From Octopus sinensis (taxonomy: Eukaryota), in assembly GCF_006345805.1 (NCBI RefSeq), contig NW_021831696.1, positions 1 through 34,582 of the forward strand: a DNA stretch of 34,582 nt, given 5' to 3'. How positions within the stretch are numbered: the first letter of the stretch is position 1; every line of letters starts with the position of its first letter. Positions 10,256 through 23,248 of this stretch are shown here, piece by piece. Both the position numbers and the translations under genes were made by a program. The notes below the pieces were generated by a model. The model did not search any database. It was not told where the DNA came from and worked only from the letters and a program-made list of their open reading frames with translations.

Positions 10256-12495
10256 CATATATACGACGGGCTTCTTTCAGTTTCCGTCTACCAAATCCAC
10301 TCACAAGGCTTTGGTCGGCCCGAGGCTATAGTAGAAGACACTTGCCCAAGGTGCCATGCAGTGGGACTGAACCCGGAACCATGTGGTTCGTAAGCAAGTT
10401 ACTTACCACACAGCCACTCCAACACCTATAATATATATGACGGGCTTCTTTCAGTTTCCGTCTACCAAATCCACTCACAAGGCATTGGTCGGCCTGGGGC
10501 TATAGCAGAAGACACTTGCCCAAGATGCCACGCACTGGGACTGAACCTGCAACCATGTGGTTGGTTAGCAAGCTACTTACCATACAGCCACTCCTGCTTT
10601 GTTAACAAAAAAAAAATTACTTTGACTAAGCAACGTTTTGTGTGTGTTATTTTCGTTGTTGTTGTTGGCCCTACTGGCTACATCATATATATTATAGGTG
10701 TTGGAGTGGCTGTGTGGTAAGTAGCTTGCTTACCAACCACATGGTTCCGGGTTCAGTCCCACTGCGTGGCATCTTGGGCAAGTGTCTTCTACTATAGCCT
10801 GGACATGTTCTCTTGTGATTGATTCAGCCTTGGGACAAACCTTTGTGGTGCCCAATGTGTTGCGGCATCTAGACCTGCCAGAGTCATTGCAGCAGTTGTG
10901 TAGTGTTACCGGGCATTGTACTGAGCTGTGAGGACCGGTTAATCTCTGGATTGATGTTGCCGGACTAGAAGTCATGCTTCCTGTCTATGTGGTGGAGATG
11001 GAAGATCAGTGTATTTTGCGATTGGATTATTCAGCGTCGATGGCTTGTCAGCTGGACTTGTGCTCCATGAAGCTTTCGGTGCAGGGAAGACCAGTCCCCG
11101 TTAAGGTATTAAAGTGCACCACCCTTTAGAACACAGTTTAAGCTATCTTTTCGTGGAAGAAGGTTTTTGTTCCTATAACCTGTGTTAATTCTGTAACCCT
11201 TTAAAATGGAAGATAAGAAACTTCATTTTCGGCACTTGATGCTCTGGGAACCAGACAAAAATTGCTGCAGCTCGGCCGATTTATAGTAGCTTACCTTTCG
11301 ACTTATTTTAGAACATGGTTGAGTCCATAAAATAGGATTTGACTACACCTCCATTTAGAGCACAGTTTAAGCTATCTTTTCGTGAAGAAGGTTTATGTTC
11401 CTATAACCTGTGTTAATTCTGTAACCCTTTAAAATGGAAGATTAGAAAGTTCTTTTTCGGCACTTGATGCTTTGGGAACCAGACAAAAATTGCTGCAGCT
11501 CGGCCGATTTATAGTAGTTTACCTTTCGACTTATTTTAGAACATGGTTGAGTCCATAAAATAGGATTTGACTACACCTCCATTTAGAGCACAGTTTAAGC
11601 TATCTTTTCATGGAAGAAGGTTTATGTTCCTATAACCTGTGTTAATTCTGTAACCCTTTTAAAATGGAAGATAAGAAAAGTTCATTTTCAACACAATGCT
11701 TTGGGAACCAGACAAAAATTGCTGCAGCTTGGCTGTGATGTGTTACCCCACCCTCCATATTCACCAGATATTGCTCCTTCGGACTTCCACTTATTCAAGT
11801 CTCTGCAGAATAGTCTTAATGGTAAAAATTTCAATTCCTTGGATGACGTAAAAAGATACCTTTATGAATTGGTTGCCATGAAACCCCACCAATTCTGGGA
11901 AGAGGGTATTTTCAAGTTAAAGGTAAGATAGAGATGCATTGTGCAACAAAATGGTTCATATTTGGTTGATTAAAAATATAATAGCAAATATTTATTTCCT
12001 TTAAAAATCGGCACGAACTTTCCGGACAACCCAATATATATTTCTTTACTGCCCAGAAGGGGCTAAACATAGAGGGGACAAACAAGGACAGACGAAGGGA
12101 TTGAGTCAATTATATCGACCCAGTGCGAAACTGGTACTTTATTTATCGACCCCGAAAGGATGAAAGGCAAAGTTGACTTCAGCGGAATTTGAACTCAGAA
12201 TGTAACGGCAGACGAAATACCGCTAAGCATTTCGCCAGGCGCGCTAACGTGTTTGCCAGCTCGCCAGAGTAATTATATCTACAGGTGTTAATTATTATAT
12301 AATTATTGTAACATAAATAATAAACAATCCTAGGCGCAGGAGTGGCTGTGTGGTAAGTAGCTTGTTTACCAACCACATGGTTCCGGGTTCAGTCCCACTG
12401 CGTGGCATCTTGGGCAAGTGTCTTCTACTATAGCCTCGGGTCGACCAAAGCCTTGTGAGTGGATTTGGTAGACGGAAACTGAAAGAAGCCCATCG

Positions 12496-12526
<31 letters not shown>

Positions 12527-15147
12527 ATATGTTTGTGTGTCTGTGTTTGTCCCCCTAGCATTGCTTGACAACCGATGCTGGTGTGTTTATGTCCCCGTTA
12601 CTTAGCGGTTCGGCAAAAGAGACTGATAGAATAAGTACCGGGCTTACAAAAGAATAAGTTCCGGGGTCGATTATCTTGACTAAAAGGCGGTGCTCCAGCA
12701 TGGCCGCAGTCAAATGACTGAAACAAGTAAAAGAGTAAACTTAGTGGTTCGGCAAAAGAGACCGATAGAATAAGTACTGGGCTTACAAAAGAATAAGTCC
12801 CGGGGTCGAGTTGCTCGGTTAAAGGCGGTGCTCCAGCATGGCCGCAGTCAAATGACTGAAACAAGTAAAAGAGTAAACTTAGCGGTTCGGCAAAAGAGAC
12901 CGATAGAATAAGTACCGGGCTTACAAAAGAATAAGTCCCGGGGGTCGAGTTGCTCGATTAAAGGTGGTGCTCCAGCATGGCCGCAGTCAAATGACTGAAA
13001 CAAGTAAAAGAGTAAAAGAGTAATCCTGTTGATCAAATGTAAAATGTGAAACTCAAATATTTTCATTTTCGTCTTTTACAGGTTTGATGAAAGCACGACT
13101 TTACAAAATTTTCCAAACTGGTAAATGGATTAACAAATATTTTTTCTGCTTTTAACCCTTTAGTGTTCGCATTATTCTGCCAAAATTAATCCTTTTTTAT
13201 CAACATTACCAAGCAATGCTAGGGGGACAAACACAGACATACAAACACACACACACATATATATATATATATACACATACACGACAGGCTTCTTTCAGTT
13301 TCTGTCTACCAAATCCACTCACAAGGCATTGGTCGGCCCGAGGCTATAGTAGAAGACACTTGCCCAAGGTGCCACGCAGTGGGACTGAACCCGAAACCAT
13401 GTGGTTGGTAAACAAGCTACTTACCACACAGCCATCATGCACATATATATATATATATACATATATACGACGGACTTCTTTCAGTTTCCGTCTACCAAAT
13501 CCACTCACAAGGCTTTGGTCGGCCCGAGGCTATAGTAGAAGACACTTGCCCAAGGTGCCACGCAGTGGGACTGAACCCGAAACCATGTGGTTGTAAACAA
13601 GCTACTTACCACACAGCCACTCATGCATATATATATATATACATATATACGACGGGCTTCTTTCAGTTTCCGTTACCAAATCCACTTACAAGGCTTTGGT
13701 CGGCCTGAGGCTATAGCAGAAGACACTTACCCAAGGTGCCACGCAGTGGGACTGAATCCGAAACCATGTGTTTGGTAAACAGCTACTTACCACACAGCCA
13801 CTCATGCATATATATATATATACATATATATACGACGGGCTTCTTTCAGTTTCCGTCTACCAAATCCACTCACAAGGCTTGGTCGGCCCGAGGCTATAGT
13901 AGAAGACACTCGCCCAAGGTGCCACGCAGTGGGACTGACCCGAAACCATGTGGTTGGTAAACAAGCTACTTACCACACAGCCACTCCTGCATATATATAT
14001 ATATATATATACATATATACGACGGGCTTCTTTCAGTTTCCGTCTACCAAATCCACTCACAATGCTTTGGTCGGCCCGAGGCTATAGTAGAAGACACTCG
14101 CCCAAGGTGCCACGCAGTGGGACTGAACCCGAAGCCATGTGGTTGGTAAACAAGCTACTTACCACACAGCCACTCATGCATATATATATATATATACATA
14201 TATACGACGGGCTTCTTTCAGTTTCTGTCTACCAAATCCACTCTGCCGTTACGTTCAGAGTTCAAATTCAGCCGAGGTCGACTTTGCCTTTCATACTTTC
14301 GGGGTCGATAAATAAAGTACCAGTTTCACACTGGGGTCGATGTAATCGACTTAATCCGTTTGTCTGTCCTTGTTTGTCCCCTCTATGTTTAGCCACTTGT
14401 GGGTAATAAAGAAATAGGTATTTCGTCTGCCGCTACGTTCTGAGTTCAAATTCCACCGAGGTCGACTTTGCCTTTCATCCTTCGGGGTCGATAAATAAAG
14501 TACCACTTTCGCACTGGGGTCGATGTAATCGACTTAATCCGTTTGTCTGTTCTTGTTTGTCCCCTCTATGTTTAGCCACTTGTGGGTAATAAAGAAATAG
14601 GTATTTCGTCTGCCGCTACGTTCTGAGTTCAAATTCCACCGAGGTCGACTTTGCCTTTCATCCTTCGGGGTCGATAAATAAAGTACCACTTTCGCACTGG
14701 GGTCGATGTAATCGACTTAATCCGTTTGTCTGTCCTTGTTTGTCCCCTCTATGTTTAGCCCCTTGTTAGCAATAAAGAAATATATTGTAGAACACACTTG
14801 CCCAAGGTCTCACACAGTGGGACTGAACCCAGAACCATGTGGTTGGAAAGCAAACTTCTTACCTGATTTCTTTATTTCAGAAAATGTTGTCCTCAATGGA
14901 AATACTACTCTCCACATTGAGGTACCAAATATGGAGAGACCAGTCACGTGGAGGTGTGGGACTCGGAAGTATGAGTGTGACAACGTATGCTATAAAGGGG
15001 CTGAATTTAGAGTGACACAGAGTGGAAATTCTTCTTCTCTCTGGATCCGAAAGGTAACTAAGGACCTTTTGGATTGGACATTTCATGACAACAACTACAA
15101 CATTGGAAAATTTGATTTGAAGGCAAACGGTAAGGAAATGATTTATA

Positions 15148-15232
<85 letters not shown>

Positions 15233-18200
15233 TAATAACAATAATAACAATAATAACAATAACAATAATAACAATAATAATAATAATAATAATAATATTA
15301 ATAATAATAATAATAATAATATTAATAATAATAATAACAATAATAATAATAACAATAATAATAATAATAACTATAATAATAATAATAATATAATAATAAT
15401 AATACTAATAATGTGATAGCGAAAGGGGCTGATTGCTACCTAACTCAGATACCAGGAAACCCAAAGGTGGCAGAAATTCAAAAGATAGTGCTCATGGGAA
15501 CTGCTCATATCCTACGCAAAATACTTTCTATGTAATCGCAAGTTTTAAAACAAACATAATTTTCTTATGGTTTCTTAAACATTCTCTAGAACAACACTAA
15601 GTACAAAACCAAATATATGACACCCTAGGCATAACACCAATATGAACTTCCAACCTGTTGTCTCTTGAGGTCTCTGGGTGAGACTTGGAGCCAACTTGTA
15701 CAAATGTAAAGCAAAAGTCAAACATAGAATAATAATAATATATAATAATAATATAATATAATAATAATATAATAATAATAATAATAATGATGATAATAAT
15801 AATAATTAATAATGATAATAATAATTAATAATGATGATAATAATAATTAATAATAATGATAATAATAACAATAATAATAATAATAACAATAATAATAATA
15901 ACAATAATAACAATAACAATAATAATAATAATATTAATAATAATAATAATAATAATCCTTTCTACTGGAGGCACAAGGTCTCAAATTTGTGGGAGGGGAC
16001 TGGTTGATTACATTGACCCTAGTGCATAACTGGTACTGTGGAGTTGGAGTCATGGAGTTGGAGTCGGAGTCATGGAGTCGGAGTCGTAGAGTCGGAGTCG
16101 CGGGGTCGGAGTCTCGGAGTCGTGGAGTCAGAGTCGTGGAGTCGGAGTTGGTAAAATAAACCACCGTCGCTTATTTAAATAGAGGAGTCAGAATCAATGT
16201 TTTTTTTGTTTCGACTCCACAGCCCTGCATAATACAGGTGAAACATTTTGGCCAGATATGGCCAGTTTAAATGCTACATGGTTGATGTTTGAACAGAGAA
16301 CCACATGCTCAATGACTTCTAAAACTACCACTGTATGTAATGCATAATTGTATCTACAGGTCTTAATTATTATTTAATTATTATAACATAAATAATAAAC
16401 AATCCTGTTGATCAAATATTAAATCTGAAAATCAACGTTTTTTTTTTTCATCTTTTACAGGTCCGACGAAAGTGGAAGCTTATGAAATTATCCAAAATGG
16501 TAAATGAATTAAGAAGCCTTTTTCTCCTTTTAAACTGAATATTACTGGCTCAGTGGTTAGAGCGTCGAGCTTACGATCGTGAGGTTGTGAGCTCGAATCC
16601 CGGACCGGGCTGCGTGTTGTGTTCTTGAGCAAGACACTTTATCTCACGTTGCTCCAGTTCACTCAGCTGTAGAAATGAGTTGCGACGTCACAGGTGCCAA
16701 GCTGTATCGGCCCTTGCCTTTCCCTTGGATAACATCGGTGATGTGGAGAGGGGAGGCCGGTATGTATGGGCGACTGCCGGTCTTCCATAAAAAACAACCT
16801 TGCCCAGACTTGTGCCTCAGAGGGTAACTCACTAGGTGCAAACCCATGGTCAGTGTCTGACCGAAGGGGGTCACCATATCACTGTGTTATATAAGGGTGG
16901 ATGGGAGTAACTAGAAAGGGAGAGATGATATAATCAGACATACACCCATGTATGATGATGTCATGCCTCAGTAAACATAAATCTCATTAAATTAAATCTA
17001 ATTAGGTTAAGTGTAATAAGGTGTCTAGTGGAGGCGCAATGGCCCAGTGGTTAGGGCAGCGGACTCGCGGTCATAAGATCGCGGTTTCCATTCCCAGACC
17101 GGGCGTTGTGCGTGTTTATTGAGCGAAAACACCTAAAAGCTCCACGAGGCTCCGGCAAGGGATGGTGGTGATCCCTGCTGTACTCTTTCACCACAACTTT
17201 CTCTCACTCTTACTTCCTGTTTCTGTTGTACCTGTATTTCAAGGGGCCGGCCTTGTCACTCTCTGTGTCACGCTGAATATCCCGGAGAACTACGTTAAGG
17301 GTACACGTGTCTGTGGAGTGCTCAGCCACTTGCACGTTAATTTCACGAGCAGGCTGTTCTGTTGATTCGGATCAACCGGAACCCTCATCGTCGTAACCGA
17401 CGGAATGCTTCCATCCAACAAATAAGGTGTCTAATTTCTTTTGATAATCTCTATTGCACATTTTCCCTTTTAATTTCCATGGCAAAAATATTAATCCTTC
17501 AGCATTCAGATTATTGTCAAATGGAATCCTTATTTATCCACATTGTTTTGGATTAATCATGGATTATCTCATAGCTTTGAGATTTCAATGATGTGATTGT
17601 TTATTGTTAGAATGACATTGCAGAGTAGGTGTGAGAGGCCAGATATGGCCAGTTTAATCCTTTAGCATTCAGATTATCTGTCAACTGTAATCCTTATTTA
17701 TTCACATTGTTTTGGATTAATCATGGATTATCTTGTAGTTTTGAGATTCAATGATGTGATTGTTTATTTTTAGAATGACATTGCAGAGTAGGTGTGAGAG
17801 GCCAGTTTAATCCTTTAGCATTCAGATTACTCTATCAAATGTCATCCTTATTTATCCACATTGTTTTGGATTAATCATGGATTATATCATAGCTTGAGAT
17901 TTCAATGATGTGATTGTTTATTTTTAGAATGACATTGCAGAGTAGGGTGAGAGGCCAGTTTAATCTTTAGCATTCAGATTATCTCCCAAATGTAATCCTT
18001 ATTTATTCACATTGTTTTTTGAATTAATCAGAAATTCAGAAATTATCTCATAGCTTTGTGATGTGACTGTTTCTGTTGAGAATGGCATGGTAGGTACGGT
18101 GGGAGAGGTCAGATGCGGGTATTTTGAACCTAAAGCAAATAGAATATTTGGGCATTGATTTACCAGTTTAAATGCTAAAGGGTTAAAATTGGGTGCAAGA

Positions 18201-19182
18201 TGAAAGCATGGCTTTGGTTAGGAACCATTCCCTAGGCCAACCAAAGCACGCGGAATTCTGTTCTTGATTCGACGGTCATTCGGAATGCTCACAGCAGCCA
18301 TATTCCGACCGCTCTATGTCACGCTGGTGAGACCCATATTGGAGTACGGGATTCAAGCCTCTTCTCCTTATCTCCTCAAAGACATACAGCATCTCGAAAG
18401 AGTCCAGAAGCTGGCTACCGCATGGTCATAGTCTCAAAAATTGTCCTATACGAAGAAAGGTGAGGACGCTTGACCTTTATTCTCTAGAAAAACGCCGCCG
18501 CCGTGGTGATCTCATTCTCGCCCACAACATCACAAGCGGAAAGTGTAACTCTCAAAAGAGCTGTTCTTCACTCCTGCTCCAGAGCATCGGCTGCGGGGTC
18601 ATTCCGAAAACCTCTACCAGCGACGATTTCATCTCAACCGAAGGAGAGGAGCTTTCTCCGTCCGGGTTGCGGATCCGTGGAACAAGCTGCCAGACGAGAT
18701 GGTGAAGATGCCGACGACCGCTTTGTTCAAAGCCTCCCTTGACCTCAAGTGTCCTGAACTCTTTATATGAACACCACCCTGTACTTAACTCCATGTCCCC
18801 CTACATGGCCTTGCTATTGCTTTTGAGCCAATTAACTAACAAAACTAATAACTAAAGCTTTGTGAATGGATTAGGTAGACAAAAGCTGAAATGAGCCTGA
18901 TATGTGTGTGTACATATATATAATAATAATAATTATTATTATTATAATGTTTTATTACATATATACTCTTTACTCTTTACTCTTTTACTTGTTTCAGTCA
19001 TTTGACTGCAGCCATGCTGGAGCACCGCCTTTAGTCGAGCAAATCGACCCCCGGGACTTATTCTTTGTAAGCCCAGTACTTATTCTATCGGTATCTTTTG
19101 CCGAACCGCTAAGTGACGGGGACGTTAAACACACCAGCATCGGTTGTCAAGCAATGCTAGGGGGACAAACACAGACACACAA

Positions 19183-19221
<39 letters not shown>

Positions 19222-22119
19222 TACGACAGGCTTCTTTCAGTTTCTGTCTACCAATCCACTCACAAGGCAATTGGTCGGCCCGGGGCTATAGATGAAGACA
19301 CTTGCCCAAGATGCCACGCAGTGGGACTGAACCCGGAACCATGTGGATGGTAAGCAGACTACTTATCACACTGCCACTCCTGTGTACCGCGACATCCTTT
19401 GTGTTCTGTTTTTTATTTATTTGATATATATATCCTCTCACCCTGACTTTATTGTACCTACCTATATATATATATATATATATATATACCGTAAATCTTG
19501 AGTATAATCCGTATTTTTTCCCAAATTTTAAAGATCAAAATCCCTAGTGCGTAAAATGAAAATTATTTCCTAAGCAATGTCCGAGTTCCTATTTGCTGTC
19601 CGGCAATGTTTATTCAGACGCATTTTGTGATGTCGGGTGCGAAAATACCTTAAGCTAAGCCTGAAAGCAATGAAGTCAAAAGAATCATCCATAACTTGCA
19701 TAAGCAACATTTATTAAACGTTATTACTGTTATTCTTTATTTTCTGCAAACAAAATGCACAAAAAAGCTACACGTTTGCATTATGTTATATATACAATAA
19801 TAATAAAGGACGTTACCGTATACAGTTTTACAAACCAAGGACGTGATATAGACCTCCTTGACTCAAGTTAGAGAAGGGGTGCGTATTATACACAAGGTTT
19901 AGGTTTTTCAGAGGTACAGACCCCTAAAAATCTCCTGCGTATAGTCCTCGAGGGCGGACTATTTGTAGTTGAATGAATCAACCCCAGTGCTTATTTATTT
20001 TAAACCAAATATTTATTTTATCGGTCTCTTTTGCCAAACCACTAAGTTATAGGTATGTAAATACAGCAAAACTGATTGTCAAGCAGTGGTGGGGGAAAAC
20101 ACAGACACACATGCACACACATGCACACAGACACACACATATACGATGGGCTTCTTTCAGTTTCCATCTACGAAATCTCACAAGGCTTTGGTCAGTCTGA
20201 GGCTATAGTAAAAGACGTGGAGGCGCAATGGCCCAGTGGTTAGGGCAGCGGACTCGCGGTCATAGGATCGCGGTTTCGATTCCCAGACCGGGCGTTATGA
20301 GTGTTTATTGAGCGAAAACACCTAAAAGCTCCACGAGCCTCCGGCAGGGGATGGTGGTGATCCCTGCTGTACTCTTTCACCACAACTTTCTCTCACTCTT
20401 ACTTCCTGTTTCTGTTGTACCTGTATTTCAAAGGGCCGGCCTTGTCACTCTCTGTGTCACGCTGAATATCCCCGAGAACTACGTTAAGGGTACACGTGTC
20501 TGTGGAGTGCTCAGCCACTTACACGTTTATTGAGCGAAAACACCTAAAAGCTCCACGAGGCTCCGGCAGGGGATGGTGGTGATCCCTGCTGTACTCTTTC
20601 ACCACAACTTTCTCTCACTCTTACTTCCTGTTTCTGTTGCACCTGTATTTCAAAGGGCCGGCCTTGTCACTCTCTGTGTCACACTGAATATCCCCGAGAA
20701 CTACGTTACGGGTACACGTGTCTGTGGAGTGCTCAGCCACTTACACGTTAATTTCACGAGCAGGCTGTTCCGTTGATTCGGATCAACTGGAACCCTCGTC
20801 GTCATAACCGACAGAGTGCTTCCATCCATTTCAAGGGGCCGGCCTTGTCACTCTCTGTGTCACGCTGAATATCCCCGAAACTACGTTAAGGGTGCACGTG
20901 TCTGTGGAGTGCTCAGCCACTTACACGTTAATTTCACGAGCGGGCTGTTCCGTTGATTCGGATCAACTGGAACCCTCGTCGTCATAACCGACAGAGTGCT
21001 TCCATCCATTTCAAGGGGCCAGCCTTGTCACTCTCTGTGTCACGCTGAATATCCCCGAGAACTATGTTAAGGGTGCACGTGTCTGTGGAGTGCTCAGCCA
21101 CTTACACGTTAATTTCACGAGCGGGCTGTTCCGTTGATTCGGATCAACCGGAACCCTCGTCGTCATAACCGACAGAGTGCTTCCATCCATTTCAAGGGGC
21201 CGGCCTTGTCACTCTCTGTGTCACGCTGAATATCCCCGAGAACTACGTTAAGGGTGCACGTGTCTGTGGAGTGCTCAGCCACTTACACGTTAATTTCACG
21301 AGCGGGCTGTTCCGTTGATTCGGATCAACCGGAACCCTCGTCGTTGTAACCGACAGAGTGCTTCCATAGTAAAAGACACTTGCCCAAGGTGCTGTGCAAT
21401 GTACAATGGTGGAGCATATTTCTCCTCGTGCATTTTGAGTATAGAAAGTGAAGCAGATTCAGAACATTGTCTGAGAATATACACTTTCAAGTCTTCTTCA
21501 AAATTGCAGCCGTTTTTAAACAAAATGTTCTGCAAATTCTGTTGAACTACTATTCTGAGGTTCCAAATTTCGCTGAGGTCAACTTTGCCGTTCATCCTTC
21601 TGGGGTCAATTAATTAAGTACCAGTTGAGTACTGTGGTTGATATAATCGACTGTGCCCCCTCCCTCCATTTCGGGCCTTGTGCCTATAACAGAAAGGTTT
21701 ATCATTATTATTATTATTATCATTAATATTATATTATTATTATTATTATATTATTATTAATTATTATTATTATTTTATTATTATTATTATTATTATTATT
21801 ATATTATTATTATTTTATTATTATTATCATTATTTTATTAATATTATTATTATTATTATGATTATTATTATTATCATTATCATTAATTATTATGAATTAT
21901 TATTATTATTATTATTATTATTAGGATTATTATTATTATCATCATTATTATTATGATTATTATTATTATTATTATTATTATTATCATTAATTATTAGTAT
22001 TATTATTATCATTATTATTATGAATTATATTATTATTATTATTATTATTATTTTATTATTATTATTATTATATTATTATTATTATTATATTATTATTATT
22101 ATCATTAATTATTATGAAA

Positions 22120-22166
<47 letters not shown>

Positions 22167-22235
22167 ATGAATTATTATGAATTATTATTATTATTATTAA
22201 TTATTATCATTAATTATTATCATTAATTATTATGA

Positions 22236-22276
<41 letters not shown>

Positions 22277-22644
22277 CATTAATTATTATGAATTACTGTG
22301 CCTGACGTCAAATCTGCGCCCATTAAACCTGGATCCATGTGGTAGAAAAGTAAACATTTTACCTGGTTTCTTTATTTCAGATATTGGTGATCTCAGTGTA
22401 AGCGCTACTCTACAGGTTGAAATACCAAACATGAAAAGACCGACCGTTTGGAAATACAACAATTATAAATACGAATGTGATCGGACATGCGCTAACAGCG
22501 CCGAATACAGAGTGACGCAGAAGGGAGATATATCGACTCTTTGGATCCGAAACGTAACAAAGGAACGATTGACTTGGAAATTTGAAGAAGACAACCTCAA
22601 CTATGAAAAATTTGATTTGAAGATACACAGTAAGGAAATGATTT

Positions 22645-22683
<39 letters not shown>

Positions 22684-22686
22684 GTG

Positions 22687-22722
<36 letters not shown>

Positions 22723-22736
22723 TTAATAATAATGAT

Positions 22737-22768
<32 letters not shown>

Positions 22769-22797
22769 GATAATGATAATAATTAATAATGATAATG

Positions 22798-22829
<32 letters not shown>

Positions 22830-22950
22830 AATAATTAATAATGATAATAATTAATAATAATAATAATAATGATAATGATGATAATTGATGATAATAATAA
22901 TAATAATAATAATTCATCATAATGATAATAATAATTCATAATAATTAATG

Positions 22951-23008
<58 letters not shown>

Positions 23009-23104
23009 TAATAAAATAATAATAATAATAATAATAATATAATAATGATAATAATAATTAATAATAATGATAATAATAATAATTAATAATTAATAATAAT
23101 GATA

Positions 23105-23153
<49 letters not shown>

Positions 23154-23201
23154 TGATAATAATAATAATAATAATAATAATTATGATAATAATAATTAAT
23201 G

Positions 23202-23248
<47 letters not shown>

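Noticed and set aside
11126-11700. CRISPR-like or other prokaryotic array interpretation of the tandem repeats (also 31184-32288 and 33760-34582)
   Set aside because: The units are long and lack unique spacers. The context is eukaryotic with spliceosomal introns.
251-14406. Recurrent ORFs such as [44 protein letters not shown] and the poly-I/N/YI ORFs
   Set aside because: These are translations of SINE copies and microsatellites, recurring wherever the repeat recurs.
16543-16620. tRNA genes at the SINE heads (16543, 17028, 20217, 32586 and family A heads)
   Set aside because: A and B boxes are present, but there is no complete cloverleaf or acceptor stem, and each continues into a repeated SINE body.
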